This document shows, piece after piece, positions 40,601 to 41,626 of a DNA stretch of 59,236 nt (positions are counted from its first letter, which is position 1; every line of letters starts with the position of its first letter). Position numbers and translations under genes: made by a program. This DNA is from an uncultured Christensenella sp. (GTDB taxonomy: Bacteria; Bacillota; Clostridia; Christensenellales; DTU072). The notes under the pieces are model-generated. The model was not told the DNA's origin and did not search any database. It was given only the letters and a program-made list of their open reading frames with translations. Location: assembly GCA_964368435.1 (NCBI GenBank), contig CAYJBS010000002.1:1-59236 (forward strand). Reading direction: 5' to 3'.

Positions 40601-41534
40601 TGGTGCCGTCAGCAAGCACAATTTCTTGCAGAGTATTTATGGCAGAAAGCTGCGCCGACATGACGGGCCAGTCTTTGTTTTTTATGGTGTCGAGGTCAAA
40701 ACCAAACAGCATCTTGAGCAACGGATCGAGGTTGGGCAAGCCGAAAGCCTCCCACTCAATAGTAAGATCAAGAAGACTGCCTATCTTCAAACCTGTTTTG
40801 AGAATCTTCAACAGGTCATTGGCTTTCAGTGTATGACTGACAAACTGAGTCTTTTTTGATTCGTCAAAAGAAACGGTGGAAACACTGGAGTCGTATAAAA
40901 TGTTCATAGAAATGGCAAGACCGACATATTCGGCTATTTGCTTCGCCGATTCCGAACTGCCAAAGTTCGGCGCGCCGGCAAGGAACATTCCTAGCATATA
41001 TGAAATATCAAGATTGCTTTCGATGAGCGCCTTGGATATCATTTTGCCTACTTGTGTGAGATTGAGCTCTCTCATGTAGTATTTTTGGCCGTTAATTTCA
41101 AGATACGCATTTGCTTCGACATAGTAGAAACCCAATACTACGTTGCCGTTGTAGACGTTCTTGACGACGAAATACATTTCGCTCTTCATGTTATCGAGAA
41201 GATTTATGTTGGCTTTTACGGTTACGAGGTAGTCAACATTATAAACGGGCGCCACGCCGTAATCGGTGAATTTGTAGGCAACTTGGAAATCAAGGTTCAG
41301 CCATTCGGGATCTGCGACCGTCTTGCGGTCCATATTGTTGACGGCGTTCCTTATGTATGTGTTGGCTTCCTTCTGCGACATTACGATGACTTGCTGATTG
41401 GAGTCAACATTGTCTTTTATGCCGCTTGTTGGAGCTTCATATTCGCCCTCGCCTCTCGCAGAGCAAGATATCAATGCGAATGCCATAATTATGCATAAGA
41501 GCAATAATATCAGTTTTGTTAATTTGGGTTTCAT
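13644..41534 (-). CDS. Giant 9,296-aa surface lipoprotein of unknown function
   Basis: Single ORF of 27,891 nt with no in-frame stop. GGGGAGG RBS (41542-41548) 7 nt upstream of the ATG. Lipoprotein signal peptide at the N-terminus and a terminator after the stop. My hand count of 9,296 residues matches the track. Residue-to-nt mapping was verified in the DNA: YVFEGWY at 25650-25670, LYLDL at 39240-39254, W7289 = CCA at 19668-19670, Y6371 = ATA at 22422-22424. Confidence 0.95.
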   Translation of the reverse strand: MKPKLTKLILLLLCIIMAFALISCSARGEGEYEAPTSGIKDNVDSNQQVIVMSQKEANTYIRNAVNNMDRKTVADPEWLNLDFQVAYKFTDYGVAPVYNVDYLVTVKANINLLDNMKSEMYFVVKNVYNGNVVLGFYYVEANAYLEINGQKYYMRELNLTQVGKMISKALIESNLDISYMLGMFLAGAPNFGSSESAKQIAEYVGLAISMNILYDSSVSTVSFDESKKTQFVSHTLKANDLLKILKTGLKIGSLLDLTIEWEAFGLPNLDPLLKMLFGFDLDTIKNKDWPVMSAQLSAINTLQEIVLADGTKKDDYVFSGMGMRVTCPEIEDGYDLDIRITPISIKASNEKTVAISFANLSLGAGGQDTTYTRGSLGNVELNAALFIKNEANSELTLRTVLGDFVDLGAVGDIPLKFKEQSEYRFDINVKAALDMFDNRNTKAEILMTFNGEQFIRGYLLPDPNAIAIGAAVVNNVLYLDLSALKGIRSDGKKDVIIPNISIGGIDLQGVLFEDILGSIMPYVNPAYVEPIEPQNADGDEEEGGLDFAKILDILTKNLTAEPGTKKLTLAFDKAGLNEVLGLFLEGADFGFEGASLKLDLANIFDSIALDIQVTEDIALGVHLGGENYDGVKVKGITYFTFPEFDLSEIEGKYGDYTDVNDVAVYNINISGEISVGTNATFPSGDGIDLSGIVGGIIENVMLNLGIDETGSLDLEYDIKANLNIVTFSNIELALMVYLPADDLHKREAFLTVYYVGSEDTLYLDLSQLGVLKRKLPMLNIIAELPKLKMENVGIRNLLSGMGEANNAAMAEYYNAAGDQIELEADDPMDMMGLIGSIISEIIIGRDNEEEPTESIKILVSAQLLTVLLQFLGTNMTAPEVNAHIKLQLYKATGDYIQIHMGILDSGNAQIEAITLDLNFIRDLYVKIGRNTLVTGHKVEEYKNIKYWAESLKISVASEGYISLKPDGTEVYENNFLNGLFDRLYSGGDPSSFMGQLVKSLAVRFSLGELSINIGYSIKGNISILNILDSELAIVIYDRDNEVGANGHTSDIDGKTYGIFLAVYLINNEAYVDLSHFGLPKIALTDVEGTLHQLFAMQWDKKYLAGMELQRRAMDDIVQAIMQSDDESKAIAWNKLNSDTSETAEKSYLNDMFQKYKDELVQRQRDLKEDQNYEPEGTQLANIIIKAQSMSWDAICKDSDRKKSIFWTNYYSAGTQAKDILIEEISDLEDYISDGDGAFEEILAAQQLLNQKNDEYSDLTDEFAIANAALNYVTNLYPTFPKYKQQAQAWDRLRLQLNEIVNKLNGRTIIDTKTGNPRLDTSDPSNRIKYSSWNIYKEKVSVDAETWRGLYASASPQTKVVLDALYDELLESLYLRTKEIMPEVARKNALSLLQDHWRAEFRAQYPGENNEQINARVASYLSTNRQLVEEAYLNEAKARIYNHFDRNDIDMLALALYKQQGDISNLAPDNAADFNKILQASKDYILNASYNNPTAILLQMWFGNDKLSINISSEVMNNLLQMLELNLPVTIRETYLALMLGENFGIDLSTGADVFLLEAHIGNFSFGVLEEDRHVIEVPQKIDYAEGTANGIPEAIYVKVEGSLFFINNPINSEGKNLFTFTPLLQEFLAVSPFDKKELREFIDIVKDETELKDEELKREAWDRLYTGSLTVQQRVEMDTRLTLVVEEIAEKEENVTDNEKFARAWDKLISSASLLNLDRMGIDTEIVFNGQSNVSLNFKIEGYIFFADLLKSNFSIEITSDDGSGEQKLVIRAVYNGADVYIDTELFDIGKVKLENIENIITYWQDLFTVLLPEDAAQPQNSAPSYAVEDIKTYLDFMFFDGGFTVALAKAAIMNVIGFLGVDITPYFSELDFGANVTLALNPIAVEAEVFFNILEQRDEYGNLIYERGDRTDYDVNLGLRLGGLDVGFTDKIAVPDESQYANISNFERISISFSGKLDLSLETPDEGYQFDYLVNMFTNFWLQRNPDIGLIFSIIENIYGLEVYFDLSANIDLLSIADLRNLELYFNLTSKEAYDSYHSEVNVLNRSRMENTYASLGSGALAADAWDAYYSFITTSNNLTERERIEEVFNRLRLEYNYLPDDARLKALSWETAYGEAGDFILGDILSLYIVIDDDGIADAYLDLRVLGIEPIVIRDVKNIIAGFTGSPESILPQNSGKELSSPLSAADNSTALLASRILLSIASDETIATSPIIFELTAGAIYGVIASLGFDLEAFLAEGGYHPSAELGLFGDNKLLNLNLEFEKILGFNFSIDIPSIDITNPLPMTINEAKYFEIDDEWSTFKIALEGQMNLAAGTATGTDSIYLGDLLADLLSNDSLGFDVIIRTLSDLEETITFELEAVVNIWKLLNGDLSGLQILLEATNSKGKVLFGIYLLQELDLFGETITTAYIDASAINAGKIRIPNAINIISKLFSSSAEISQANNVSLTELTALAALRSQAMNSSLQNAPDTGAKEYIMALLGQDEGFVMTAATGVITLLLESIFNDETSLMNRAWSDMVQLNMEKERDTALGLARFDLSRMDRYLEEAGELNADNTELWAYDELWQQSSGAQRTALDRRVAAIRSADISISDERAKVMVWNDIYNDLQNDIATYTAKLSKNEIENRSLQELDVVLNMQFKSVAWERWYNNALNSKTEMDKLFEEMQQRYPLESLSVIRSRSWTGYYEMYTGSPTTKTKLDTLYNSIKATNSGLTDAGIREEAWTQLYVEKQTDINNLNLIYNEAILRKTLYGMPEIWTAYYRIWAWEILYLRADETGRERMSQFIDGVLLLNTAPRRAASGWTFYNEEIDAAVLNSITENGELVSYILRPDEGGAWTRIKVARDEQLRLAEIYVNAYSEMHNIIMAAARQNAKIEASLLNGDRILGVELDVANFGLDLSINSIKPGFSELNISLPENFIKEDYKTIDENIASIYVKLAVDFGWEADELSQYDFSNLIETFIGTQDFYLDLGMSIVPVLKVLEQIGSYFRLELEGSINITDIMKSDLNLSLYTMKYVTDELGNEVLTRSDEYVFSILYINGDIFLDMEAFNIQRAHIVDAMDYFQSIFSALGTTVTPSSSANKQLDAGLFNAYSNYALNASGSRAPIDVTLDQTGLAAHVGSAAVLAILNLLGIDLTGAMDSVGELNIDVGVFKDGLLNIEISFNAVDENYIPTGDGIRLHLKLRDDFEIDVDGASHEFAPPSETFIEIRNTVPIIGVSTKILIELEAGMVTERQFIKEPLKSLLDNQGLSEVIQSIILTVWNDQNMVFEIDVKANINLMSFKDIELQVTISNWKTGKRFARINVNDGNLFIDIRDIGGDRIYIENVTDMLFGEAATAAPQAAVSAEQNLFHASGAFANKLTIEALLREQGLFVLAKRTSIEALLSMFNLNNFEIFNELHAKIYAIPENKSMTIGVEIAMGDRYISETEMDKILALGISINGIRLNFEKWDTVTLISPQKINYHLLQNINSLSLSTQFKLTLADESGIYDFTKLLELLIGDINPFSRALAPILALEEDMGDTLYFDVKVTVGMLNILEDLQVMVDIYTANRSFEMLLTYIKGDLFIDASNIGLEKIEVRGVMDIFTVLGGGTLAEDDSNDTENADYYSNLMHYQSLFNADPTELTLDQQMERTMAMVKIALDEQKGLTIRLVSGMIKSVLKMLGIDVDQYIGGIIEPNVEVGVDKHVELKIDINLESSEYDSGDLIYLNMLLERADGNKQEAWEEWKNDLNTADLLRLREYEKAEAWRFIYQQSLASPDEIAEMDEMLDWVNERHPLYTHTKKLALAWDKLVAARQTATATLMEALLYDDEVTARMLAWNRMRELGNSLQVQTLDSVFEALGNEAKYSEAWDILYKKTSLSESEKISMESILLAVGASFPAWNAARQKTEAWRQYAETLNALNPAHVVINTMMQNILEREIKGNLFTEKDKKALGWLRIMTDHAATFEETDLQFIEAQLANSDIIVRANAWDALRTYEQQRIAALATQLGTQAPATGLYLDLQNLNNQISGTTDQTLLAQLLRQRNTLLATINNINVEIQDINVTLDEMDALQAEQLGTASEAKASAWDWWRIYSITIDRVNLMDGILQAQAWDYMLQLYQTLSYTAEVQEMNAEYAALAGNVYQYAYLRKVDAWRNLATHRSSSAVQEMLTRLSSLENIVATFDTLYAEAATKNNHLANISLGLALLGEEIDLKLANETKYIDPITGDWASTIPELLSKAQKEEYKPYDELKVYFELNASLEIALEEGVLGINDILALFPAIGGIESAVRFLEEHSLYVELTGLVGIDFSKLLSEDLTDIDDAIRAEIMLKYYILDYENEGSSEEFQQVIIDAWLIGSDIYLQGEIFDSALNLHMPEMYISRLLLNMMGMSDEEVTLNPLSNAVYDSIPGYREYKESIGESVQNPFEALYSANNADEVMASSLLQALIRINSQEAGLVLTSELMTEVMKLFLGPDISDELLTIVDKIFTGGKLGVNYDDDFNVGLVLEKKREEGSETVGYMLEFSMLHDTVIAIDDATYNNFYNKYTTEEYADLFAQCFVINEVMTRFTIGVSLTLEADFIKHILDWSTLFSVQELPTIFQIRILEAVQGLITLNLQVDIDLQGGIGALDVIGEMVNEDGEVILKVYFEGGYITRGELDPRLYIESSLLGIPKIKIDVEAAAIFSGIDAELLKNFLIKTDEIATETGMPSAIQNADEADEEQAGPEVLGIKIGNLFESLSIGKGTFALVAMPSAIASIITDLFNLPFDEVGDIKLELNNLDNTLKLTIPIDAGIRDEEGNTVVPSKLNLSMGISKVNARLGPNENFFAAVDFSDFETLNSYAWATEINSSLKVNDDLCALFDLSELTMPLLGMQLQLQAAEELNIKFDFKLSTFVSFANLSDLRLQLEILQDGQRKMMIAYVGSDIQGDIYVDLNGIALPAIKTTALNLGAIVKDMLNGMFAVDEEPKSAPMNGDEGNSLAQAEALARLYPDIKDMPFGANMLLFVGHSKEVSLAITGGLLTALLENLNNVTKGGVPDIILDIPVFDSLKIGYSEKDDLAGIMLVLDEYKSFKINYSFEKSQSMMRDVDFIYEEMDIIDPAQEARDNEYEDINVIDTVALNLEAELRIKTRSEKPGFPKSDAIIALERLIEGLVGMEEGGVVFDMQDSVMTFGITLGAVISFADPTKTNVAFVIRYNENPLLSLYFIGATNKIYADLSKLGLFKVSLTGIDILGLLSGLFSEPLVTPEEGINVIELMNSLLTGSGEEEFIEDEEGYLVTFVTNEGKAVESLTATKIASSPETTREGYVFEGWYESENFYGLKAAFPFTVRYATTLYAKWAEDTQPKFPVTFNTNGGEHMDSVTVSILDSEPVPVRDDYVFKGWYITPDFSTLKETFPLAIIKATTLYAKWIEEAAQTIEVTKEVPTLALLLSNQELILNPNTAVLNSLLGMMLPDFADIRMSMNVAEGINNLSMNLKVDNLGNSVNLTVPRGGLTISFNPNTVKVPSAFQLTKYGGLSGLMFNSQNGFNIETIALLDSVLDGIKLYNLEVFLDKRTDYWERKDLYTIYPPGQMGSKGGDEPYANTPTGPVYYPDDDAGYNGVLTDSQQAMLATLNVLKALATLAKAGNFGDAIGDIVSGVDTETKEPIFYRNRYKRGKLRLTKTVGNAIEIAIQTLTWNTGSTNVYLEKHRILLQLGSQFNIKIPVVNISIPLAKWGNSLLSGLTGANSFENKGILLPIALYPRTLIDPPEEEDIIDEETGQIIIPAGNTGRLYGRVTAPGEDNEGVEGMKITIGTPDETNENILTAYTNKEGWYFFLNIPCPEALDEENDDDGDDGNDKAIIEVLNTMSPDEEGFYTYAGKRYVLRGTFYYDVEMGYEIKAEHPKISYGTHVKKEIIVSPKEVSSAQRLDFMVSTVEYATVTVSGVVKNKVGKKLPYTYVNYNNSEGVTADANGNYSLTFKVYDLGAAGNTSATHTIKALAGGYEEGALTLDSIYTNPDSVQTYTRNFELEPTGEIVYLTIIGSLVDGNGMPIVEETTEDDLPNIEIWIKIDGSPTLGTKAYYDIQPINFAAGKIGYDGSFRLESYGDTTDLEKSLPLLTTGTYTIKVRSPVYNNRNFTFTITEEQAASANYVKDIGTIELSKRPFHWYDNEPVVKFLQPDTEEAILPSLLQKIRIRLGADVKDGDEHNNADNVDNEAWNDDGEPYSDYDADMGNLIYEGGGGDLYNDYTYIEIWPDSAMLNDLLMTVQGLLFNMINMSNISKTKRILPIDTSTGSFNREEDSDGNPVDEDKYNVFLGTFNEDDSNIYDPMYASKGAFYQALNSALAKLPGGFIHFAIATVLQSYLRNASFSLGGERIGLIDLIAVGINNPGLVGDAIIGPFAAVSSYIPYVGGLISLLLNGLKQLIVLVFNQLHDILQDASNLLAHAVPFNLAYNMYDTMDLNGSPLNTYYKNGVLTEGKRVDGGKNLRRDVKYFDLSVYAKITLDATADVLADRITLFLNSASFRNETVKLPEDSNYMEEDDRTKQGDWIDGYWEYTGRVADFGNGNLNPAGVNYDIRSREMKERKTIIAGVPQTAAQTAMNEWTRRNNVNSYLVIVDYAIDGDGKEYVYNQTYVYDDETNPKEDTYQEIDINNTGLNFRVLSTMGSEFVKVEHDTGTNEFTHTVMVPPSQITFHDPYDLTDFTMFGGSWVGSSGAVSGSRRNYDPTFTIFDALPDRNMASFVDGHSRGSQGIAMLWDISAVKIDPAGISLQDAVILPGYALNLTYSNVKVVVEPFNIIPGADNIQFLDMEDIDPDTFNEHEYLATLPKMFKYEYQQGDKQKTYFFNELSWSFDKKIVDGIKTYPSLMYDTDETPYVWLTYSYTGAPVQAARVKVSLNIIDRSITTVTASAHALGEETVNSGLELSMNGIEAADAGNAAHNGYDGVVQFSPFDCKDPYTVMKNITHMNVSTSEGLPINDWRVMSGSFVDLNGADGRLSSYDSSDLSRRIYSVTYKLVDKIGFIQTVKILVEIRSKEIIGSDLNTAREVVPYDIYSGGAQKTILQRLGLPDTFNINYGDGTGGTMSVFAPGTEKYTQRNITLEYEGIIQSFTLIEGATLSWMIPLMSYNGGIYKAKALVGGEIAKFKLAEQLTDIRLSNMNALYNEGTCIVNAWDGLYSDSMRIDRSAMNTLVEQLRIQNNLTVRQAKIEAWAVWYGKQDARTQSTLDVRLMKQQMGYTTMSISDAKVESWNTLYAYSYRKELDAMRKRVFDNNPGAPILSLKAVAWDIMIRETANTHQKDIMNGILDSIERQDPDNENLKAAAWDDYYDNSTENKAEMDRLYQRTAAANVGENNRQLTIKSWDKYYSDYTTDNEVLEVTLNVPARVATNIATNLSFAPNETIVLPNRPVINFSGITQNNVPIEWLDIDEAQLVNNFRGKVFYTDAALSDPIFGNQIIRNVRITIQQLDILGIAIADNSVTIDPYDDTTIDDYLAQFDDYKDEYGYDNIGLLLSGGIRLWNKSRQAGFINYWEFELNEGIPAWRYSNEGGISYNGSGENSIILTVRNKGYETNAIWRQEIIVNVPQAHIHNRTISSLASQFATSAGVKLLADKTVEDEALGIIWTFQNGVLNINDAFKMTEIQELYVNFTAGGRALLDARLEMGEYSETFYASAGFALPQGVTVGNRLKNLQKFDINVVNTSPRIVYTYIDDMEQLRKDIKFFASEQAGELTNEVDFDQLVYKTYDNIPLPAYAKVKFVKNNASEVLPLDVVWTNVEPYTNLSTSTQATAKIGNSIFGYIYHTITISLLPEIIRIGTIPLAQLPDELAIFPYVSLEQQLAPYINLIVNTDVRSGLGVDVKIDPLNFADYKANGFLEKAYDISFRIGRTTEFDTAYGVENFDVRQTKTVRVYLREMIAQNIDSLIVGSVYEKIDFGDYDTATVLFSAGAEEELAIDWDISRLRYNYLGGIYYVQATIAKGTQLEQTFDVPVQIIPSQLQSLAVLTPQEVTTYDADYNLQRIEQDLSGGIKRLLIEPFEGFTGLPTMLRARFKNNANDIILYVDWSFSHISNTMSVKGGTYTKEKQNAAIATIYIYENETVLIDGVETVRQIKTGLQSIEVDVLVYDRTITEYQVSYETEGEDFVKVANMPNGTYDPSYLLIDDVIPINPYEKKYSEVFADGAFAYFRRARILLNNRDEEGHDYATGPRSIDFLLEAKNYTIFDKRTGVATSSKNLYTGRDVVVDLKVAIDEPTAASDIKSIKIGDHGYTMEARIMDMTYYSGLDVDNYYIDVYGAIVEKDGNIYSHSVVYDEIVSDRLVSGADYERFGDRATYRFDQITYDGTDINTRFVNNTAVGKIGYKAGVGRLYATFGNTFGGIQKHIIDINYVDRTVKSMFAADPDIAPNYETILDEDGLMTYSFVFDPFKPYVNTTAALLDGEQGYLKHGSKGTTIVFNDGTLFDLASLDNSVRANIEVTWDDATVKLRFVGGNYKVYAQIGDGDSLQRITYPVFVKSRKVKTTIDIFGNQEGFKNIFKDGAENTVLKSYDYLGQPNLTKAIGEALFMGAGNEFRVYFDGFEDEYMAFTMGNYAGVEEGGKIVVHTYKGLGAGRQLTGTYELQEDEQESLLMSFAMDPSKPLSYRGGFMNFYITIPGLAMGVDGQQKAAVAITMEEQYIATIQQGIEDNYNISSAAHLSVEGQGEAITYTQGNLNSYTITNPYYYIKRGGVPMPDYIWIYVTTKEWKEKIASGLAAVDYATREAYYYEGATRISTTLTPYFTDALWSGGSRGRVYVNYYDLTISTTTSMDIDNQPFTFTFNSTPWVYGGYSDQESLINPETNELYTIDAFNDDTEYGPEDIILLPDKTLGSFKEYFQVVYYEGGTYVPFNKALHGYDSKYGFQVTFGSGQQENFLNIQGGGTYYNNNNKWYFGEVMFGSGTTQYATMTLGGRGGQIIRWSFPNLSLRKWVNTNIPSVVTVSGTFTFPKTFQQIFSYGIGSRGLESGISAPLILRNFRTPAGSAINQDNMPGVLPHNSWSQNESQSQAKAKLEEWYAMPEKKVVKHKFTTAENQMYPGYSIALVDYGIDQYCAYPESVENIKGTILLAAYDTVHIYNLSEASEENDWKEFDGTVDNSCNRNENGGVINDDYGNPGDETAYIVNPDHGEAYPNSPLCVDGGWKYPTGLKEGGYGDSAISSFYYNTVNRITQNAVPIIEVERGTRFELYNLPLLQVHYRYEDDGWMNDWGLFTNWHWSKTVTYMPWQEASVWKMGPTDGGWYHSPQGLQFSNYGGQLNGFYDVDTYAPTGTTYTIATTLNVPGSPSVVVRIKLVNVITQY
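13647..14297 (-). other. Trp/Tyr/Gly/Asn-rich C-terminal domain of the giant protein (residues ~9080-9296)
   Basis: Seven Trp in 37 residues (W9201, 9205, 9211, 9213, 9222, 9228, 9237; nt 13824-13934): DDGWMNDWGLFTNWHWSKTVTYMPWQEASVWKMGPTDGGWYHS. No LPXTG motif, no C-terminal TM helix, no SLH or choline-binding pattern. Confidence 0.5.
16086..21383 (-). repeat. Ig-like (Big_4-type pattern) beta-sandwich repeats in the C-terminal third (residues ~6718-8483), interrupted by W-repeat cluster 6
   Basis: Recurring pattern [IVL]-x-W-[DSTL]…G-G/x-Y-x-[VA]-x-A…[VI]-x-[VI]-x-[VI]. Examples: IAMLWDISAV…VKVVVEP (6718-), LSWSFDKK…ARVKVSLNII (6814-), IEWLDIDE…VRITIQQ (7386-), VVWTNVEP…HTITISL (7735-), AIDWDISRLRYNYLGGIYYVQATI…VPVQII (7917-), YVDWSFSH…GGTYTKEK…IEVDVLVY (8024-), EVTWDDATVKLRFVGGNYKVYAQI…YPVFVKS (8437-). 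Confidence 0.4.
19530..20147 (-). repeat. [AS]-W-[DN] helical repeat cluster 6 (residues ~7130-7335, 6 very regular copies)
   Basis: Trp at 7138, 7176, 7215, 7251, 7289, 7327 (spacings 38, 39, 36, 38, 38). Copies: NAWDGLY, EAWAVWY, ESWNTLY, VAWDIMI, AAWDDYY, KSWDKYY. Each is followed by a ~30-aa helix-prone segment ending in a K-[IAV]-x triplet (KIE, KVE, KAV, KAA, IKS) just before the next Trp. Confidence 0.7.
22335..22607 (-). other. Internal hydrophobic, Gly/Pro-rich segment of the giant protein (residues ~6310-6400)
   Basis: KLPGGFIHFAIATVLQSYL…IGLIDLIAVGINNPGLVGDAIIGPFAAVSSYIPYVGGLISLLLNGLKQLIVLVFNQL. This is the most apolar stretch outside the signal peptide. Confidence 0.5.
23160..24287 (-). 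other. Three CarboxypepD_reg-like beta-sandwich domains with an inserted poly-acidic loop (residues ~5750-6125)
   Basis: GRLYGRVTAPGEDNEGVEGMKITIG…TNKEGWYFFLNIP; VTVSGVVKNKVGKKLPYTYVNY…ADANGNYSLTFKV; IIGSLVDGNGMPI…GSFRLES…GTYTIKVRSPVY. The acidic run DEENDDDGDDGND is at 24072-24110 (checked in the DNA). Confidence 0.55.
25350..25763 (-). repeat. Two tandem Listeria-Bacteroides repeats (Flg_new / InlB B-repeat type), residues 5258-5395
   Basis: YLVTFVTNEGKAVES…REGYVFEGWYESENF…TTLYAKWAE and FPVTFNTNGGEHMDS…RDDYVFKGWYITPDF…TTLYAKWIEE. This is the canonical V-x-F-x-x-N-G-G … Y-x-F-x-G-W-Y … L-Y-A-K-W signature. Confidence 0.85.
29100..30383 (-). repeat. [AS]-W-[DN] helical repeat cluster 5 (residues ~3718-4145, ~11-12 copies)
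   Basis: EAWEEW (3724), EAWRFIY (3748), LAWDKL (3788), LAWNRM (3820), EAWDILY (3852), PAWNAA (3883), EAWRQY (3893), NAWDAL (3972), SAWDWW (4069), AQAWDYM (4094), VDAWRNL (4136). Confidence 0.6.
33000..34007 (-). repeat. [AS]-W-[DN] helical repeat cluster 4 (residues ~2510-2845, ~9 copies)
   Basis: Trp at 2517, 2561, 2602, 2646, 2684, 2725, 2768, 2804, 2838, with spacings of 34-44 residues. Examples: RAWSDM, VWNDIY, VAWERWY, SWTGYY, EAWTQLY, WAWEILY, GWTFY, GAWTRI. Confidence 0.6.
35181..35357 (-). repeat. [AS]-W-[DN] helical repeat cluster 3 (residues ~2060-2118, 2 copies)
   Basis: ADAWDAYY (W2067) and ALSWETAY (W2111), 44 residues apart. Confidence 0.5.
36390..36572 (-). repeat. [AS]-W-[DN] helical repeat cluster 2 (residues ~1655-1715, 2 copies)
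   Basis: REAWDRLY (W1661) and ARAWDKLI (W1705), 44 residues apart. Confidence 0.5.
37035..38267 (-). repeat. [AS]-W-[DN] helical repeat cluster 1 (residues ~1090-1500)
   Basis: Helix-prone, charged sequence containing QWDKKY (W1098), AWNKL (W1132), SWDAI (W1191), AWDRL (W1289), SWNIY (W1332), TWRGLY (W1346), HWRAEF (W1396). Confidence 0.55.
41463..41534 (-). other. Lipoprotein signal peptide of the giant protein (residues 1-24, Cys24)
   Basis: MKPKLTKLILLLLCIIMAFALIS-C: basic n-region, hydrophobic core, and an L-I-S-C lipobox matching [LVI][ASTVI][GAS]C. Confidence 0.8.
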
Positions 41535-41583
41535 TTTTATACCTCCCCTAATTGCTTAGGTAACCGTTTCGTGTTAAGACCCG

Positions 41584-41608
41584 AAAAAGGGCATAGTACG
41601 CCCTTTTC
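41584..41608 (-). terminator. Terminator-like hairpin in the 5' leader of the giant gene; it could also terminate the upstream PIG-L operon
   Basis: Minus strand GAAAAGGGC-GTACTAT-GCCCTTTTTC. It has the same A-tract / short GC stem / T-tract design as the terminators at 645-669 and 59206-59231. It lies downstream of the predicted promoter (41627-41655) and 50 nt upstream of the ATG. Confidence 0.5.
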
Positions 41609-41626
41609 ATATAAGCCACTACAATA

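Larger units (their letters stand above)
25890..41237 (-). repeat. Array of 14 divergent ~250-340-aa beta-rich modules (protein-level repeat, residues ~100-5215)
   Basis: A recurring junction motif [LIVA]-[YF]-[LIV]-[DE]-x-[SERN]-x(2,3)-G-x(2)-[KR]-[IVL] begins at residues 143, 477, 761, 1069, 1780, 2141, 2410, 3044, 3311, 3565, 4342, 4644, 4912 and 5195. Examples: LYLDLSALKGIRSDG, AYVDLSHFGLPKIAL, LFIDIRDIGGDRIYI, IYADLSKLGLFKVSL. Each copy is preceded by an alternating-hydrophobic hairpin (e.g. EYDIKANLNIVTFSNIELALMVY, FEIDVKANINLMSFKDIELQVTI). Each is followed by an A/S/Q/P/E-rich linker and an L-x-L-x(3)-G-L-x-L…LL-x(2)-LG-x-D segment. Confidence 0.7.

Noticed and set aside
13590-41498. 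Dozens of plus-strand ORFs of 60-406 aa opposite the giant gene (e.g. 33336..34556 at 406 aa, 19245..20114 at 289 aa, 13590..14423 at 277 aa, 17700..18470 at 256 aa).
   Set aside because: They lie entirely antisense to a continuous 27.9-kb ORF. Their translations are low-complexity and Cys/Arg/Phe-rich, with no RBS or recognisable motifs. These are typical shadow ORFs of a long gene with biased codon usage. The same applies to 1654..2190, 4300..5151 and 5572..6234 opposite the 2,020-aa gene.
13644-41534. Whether the giant ORF is an NRPS/PKS megasynthase, an RTX/T1SS adhesin, an Rhs/YD toxin or an LPXTG/SLH wall protein.
   Set aside because: I saw none of the following:
- adenylation, KS or carrier motifs (no DSL/GGxS phosphopantetheine sites in context);
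- GGxGxD nonapeptides;
- YDxxGR repeats;
- LPXTG plus TM tail;
- SLH motifs.

The N-terminus is a Sec/SPase-II lipoprotein signal instead.
13644-41534. Whether the giant ORF is an assembly artefact created by collapsing or concatenating near-identical DNA repeats.
   Set aside because: The protein repeats are highly diverged. For example, the two Flg_new copies differ at most codons (ccaaccttcaaagacata vs ccagcctttgaatacata). I saw no long identical DNA stretches, so repeat-driven misassembly is unlikely. Read-level confirmation is still advisable.
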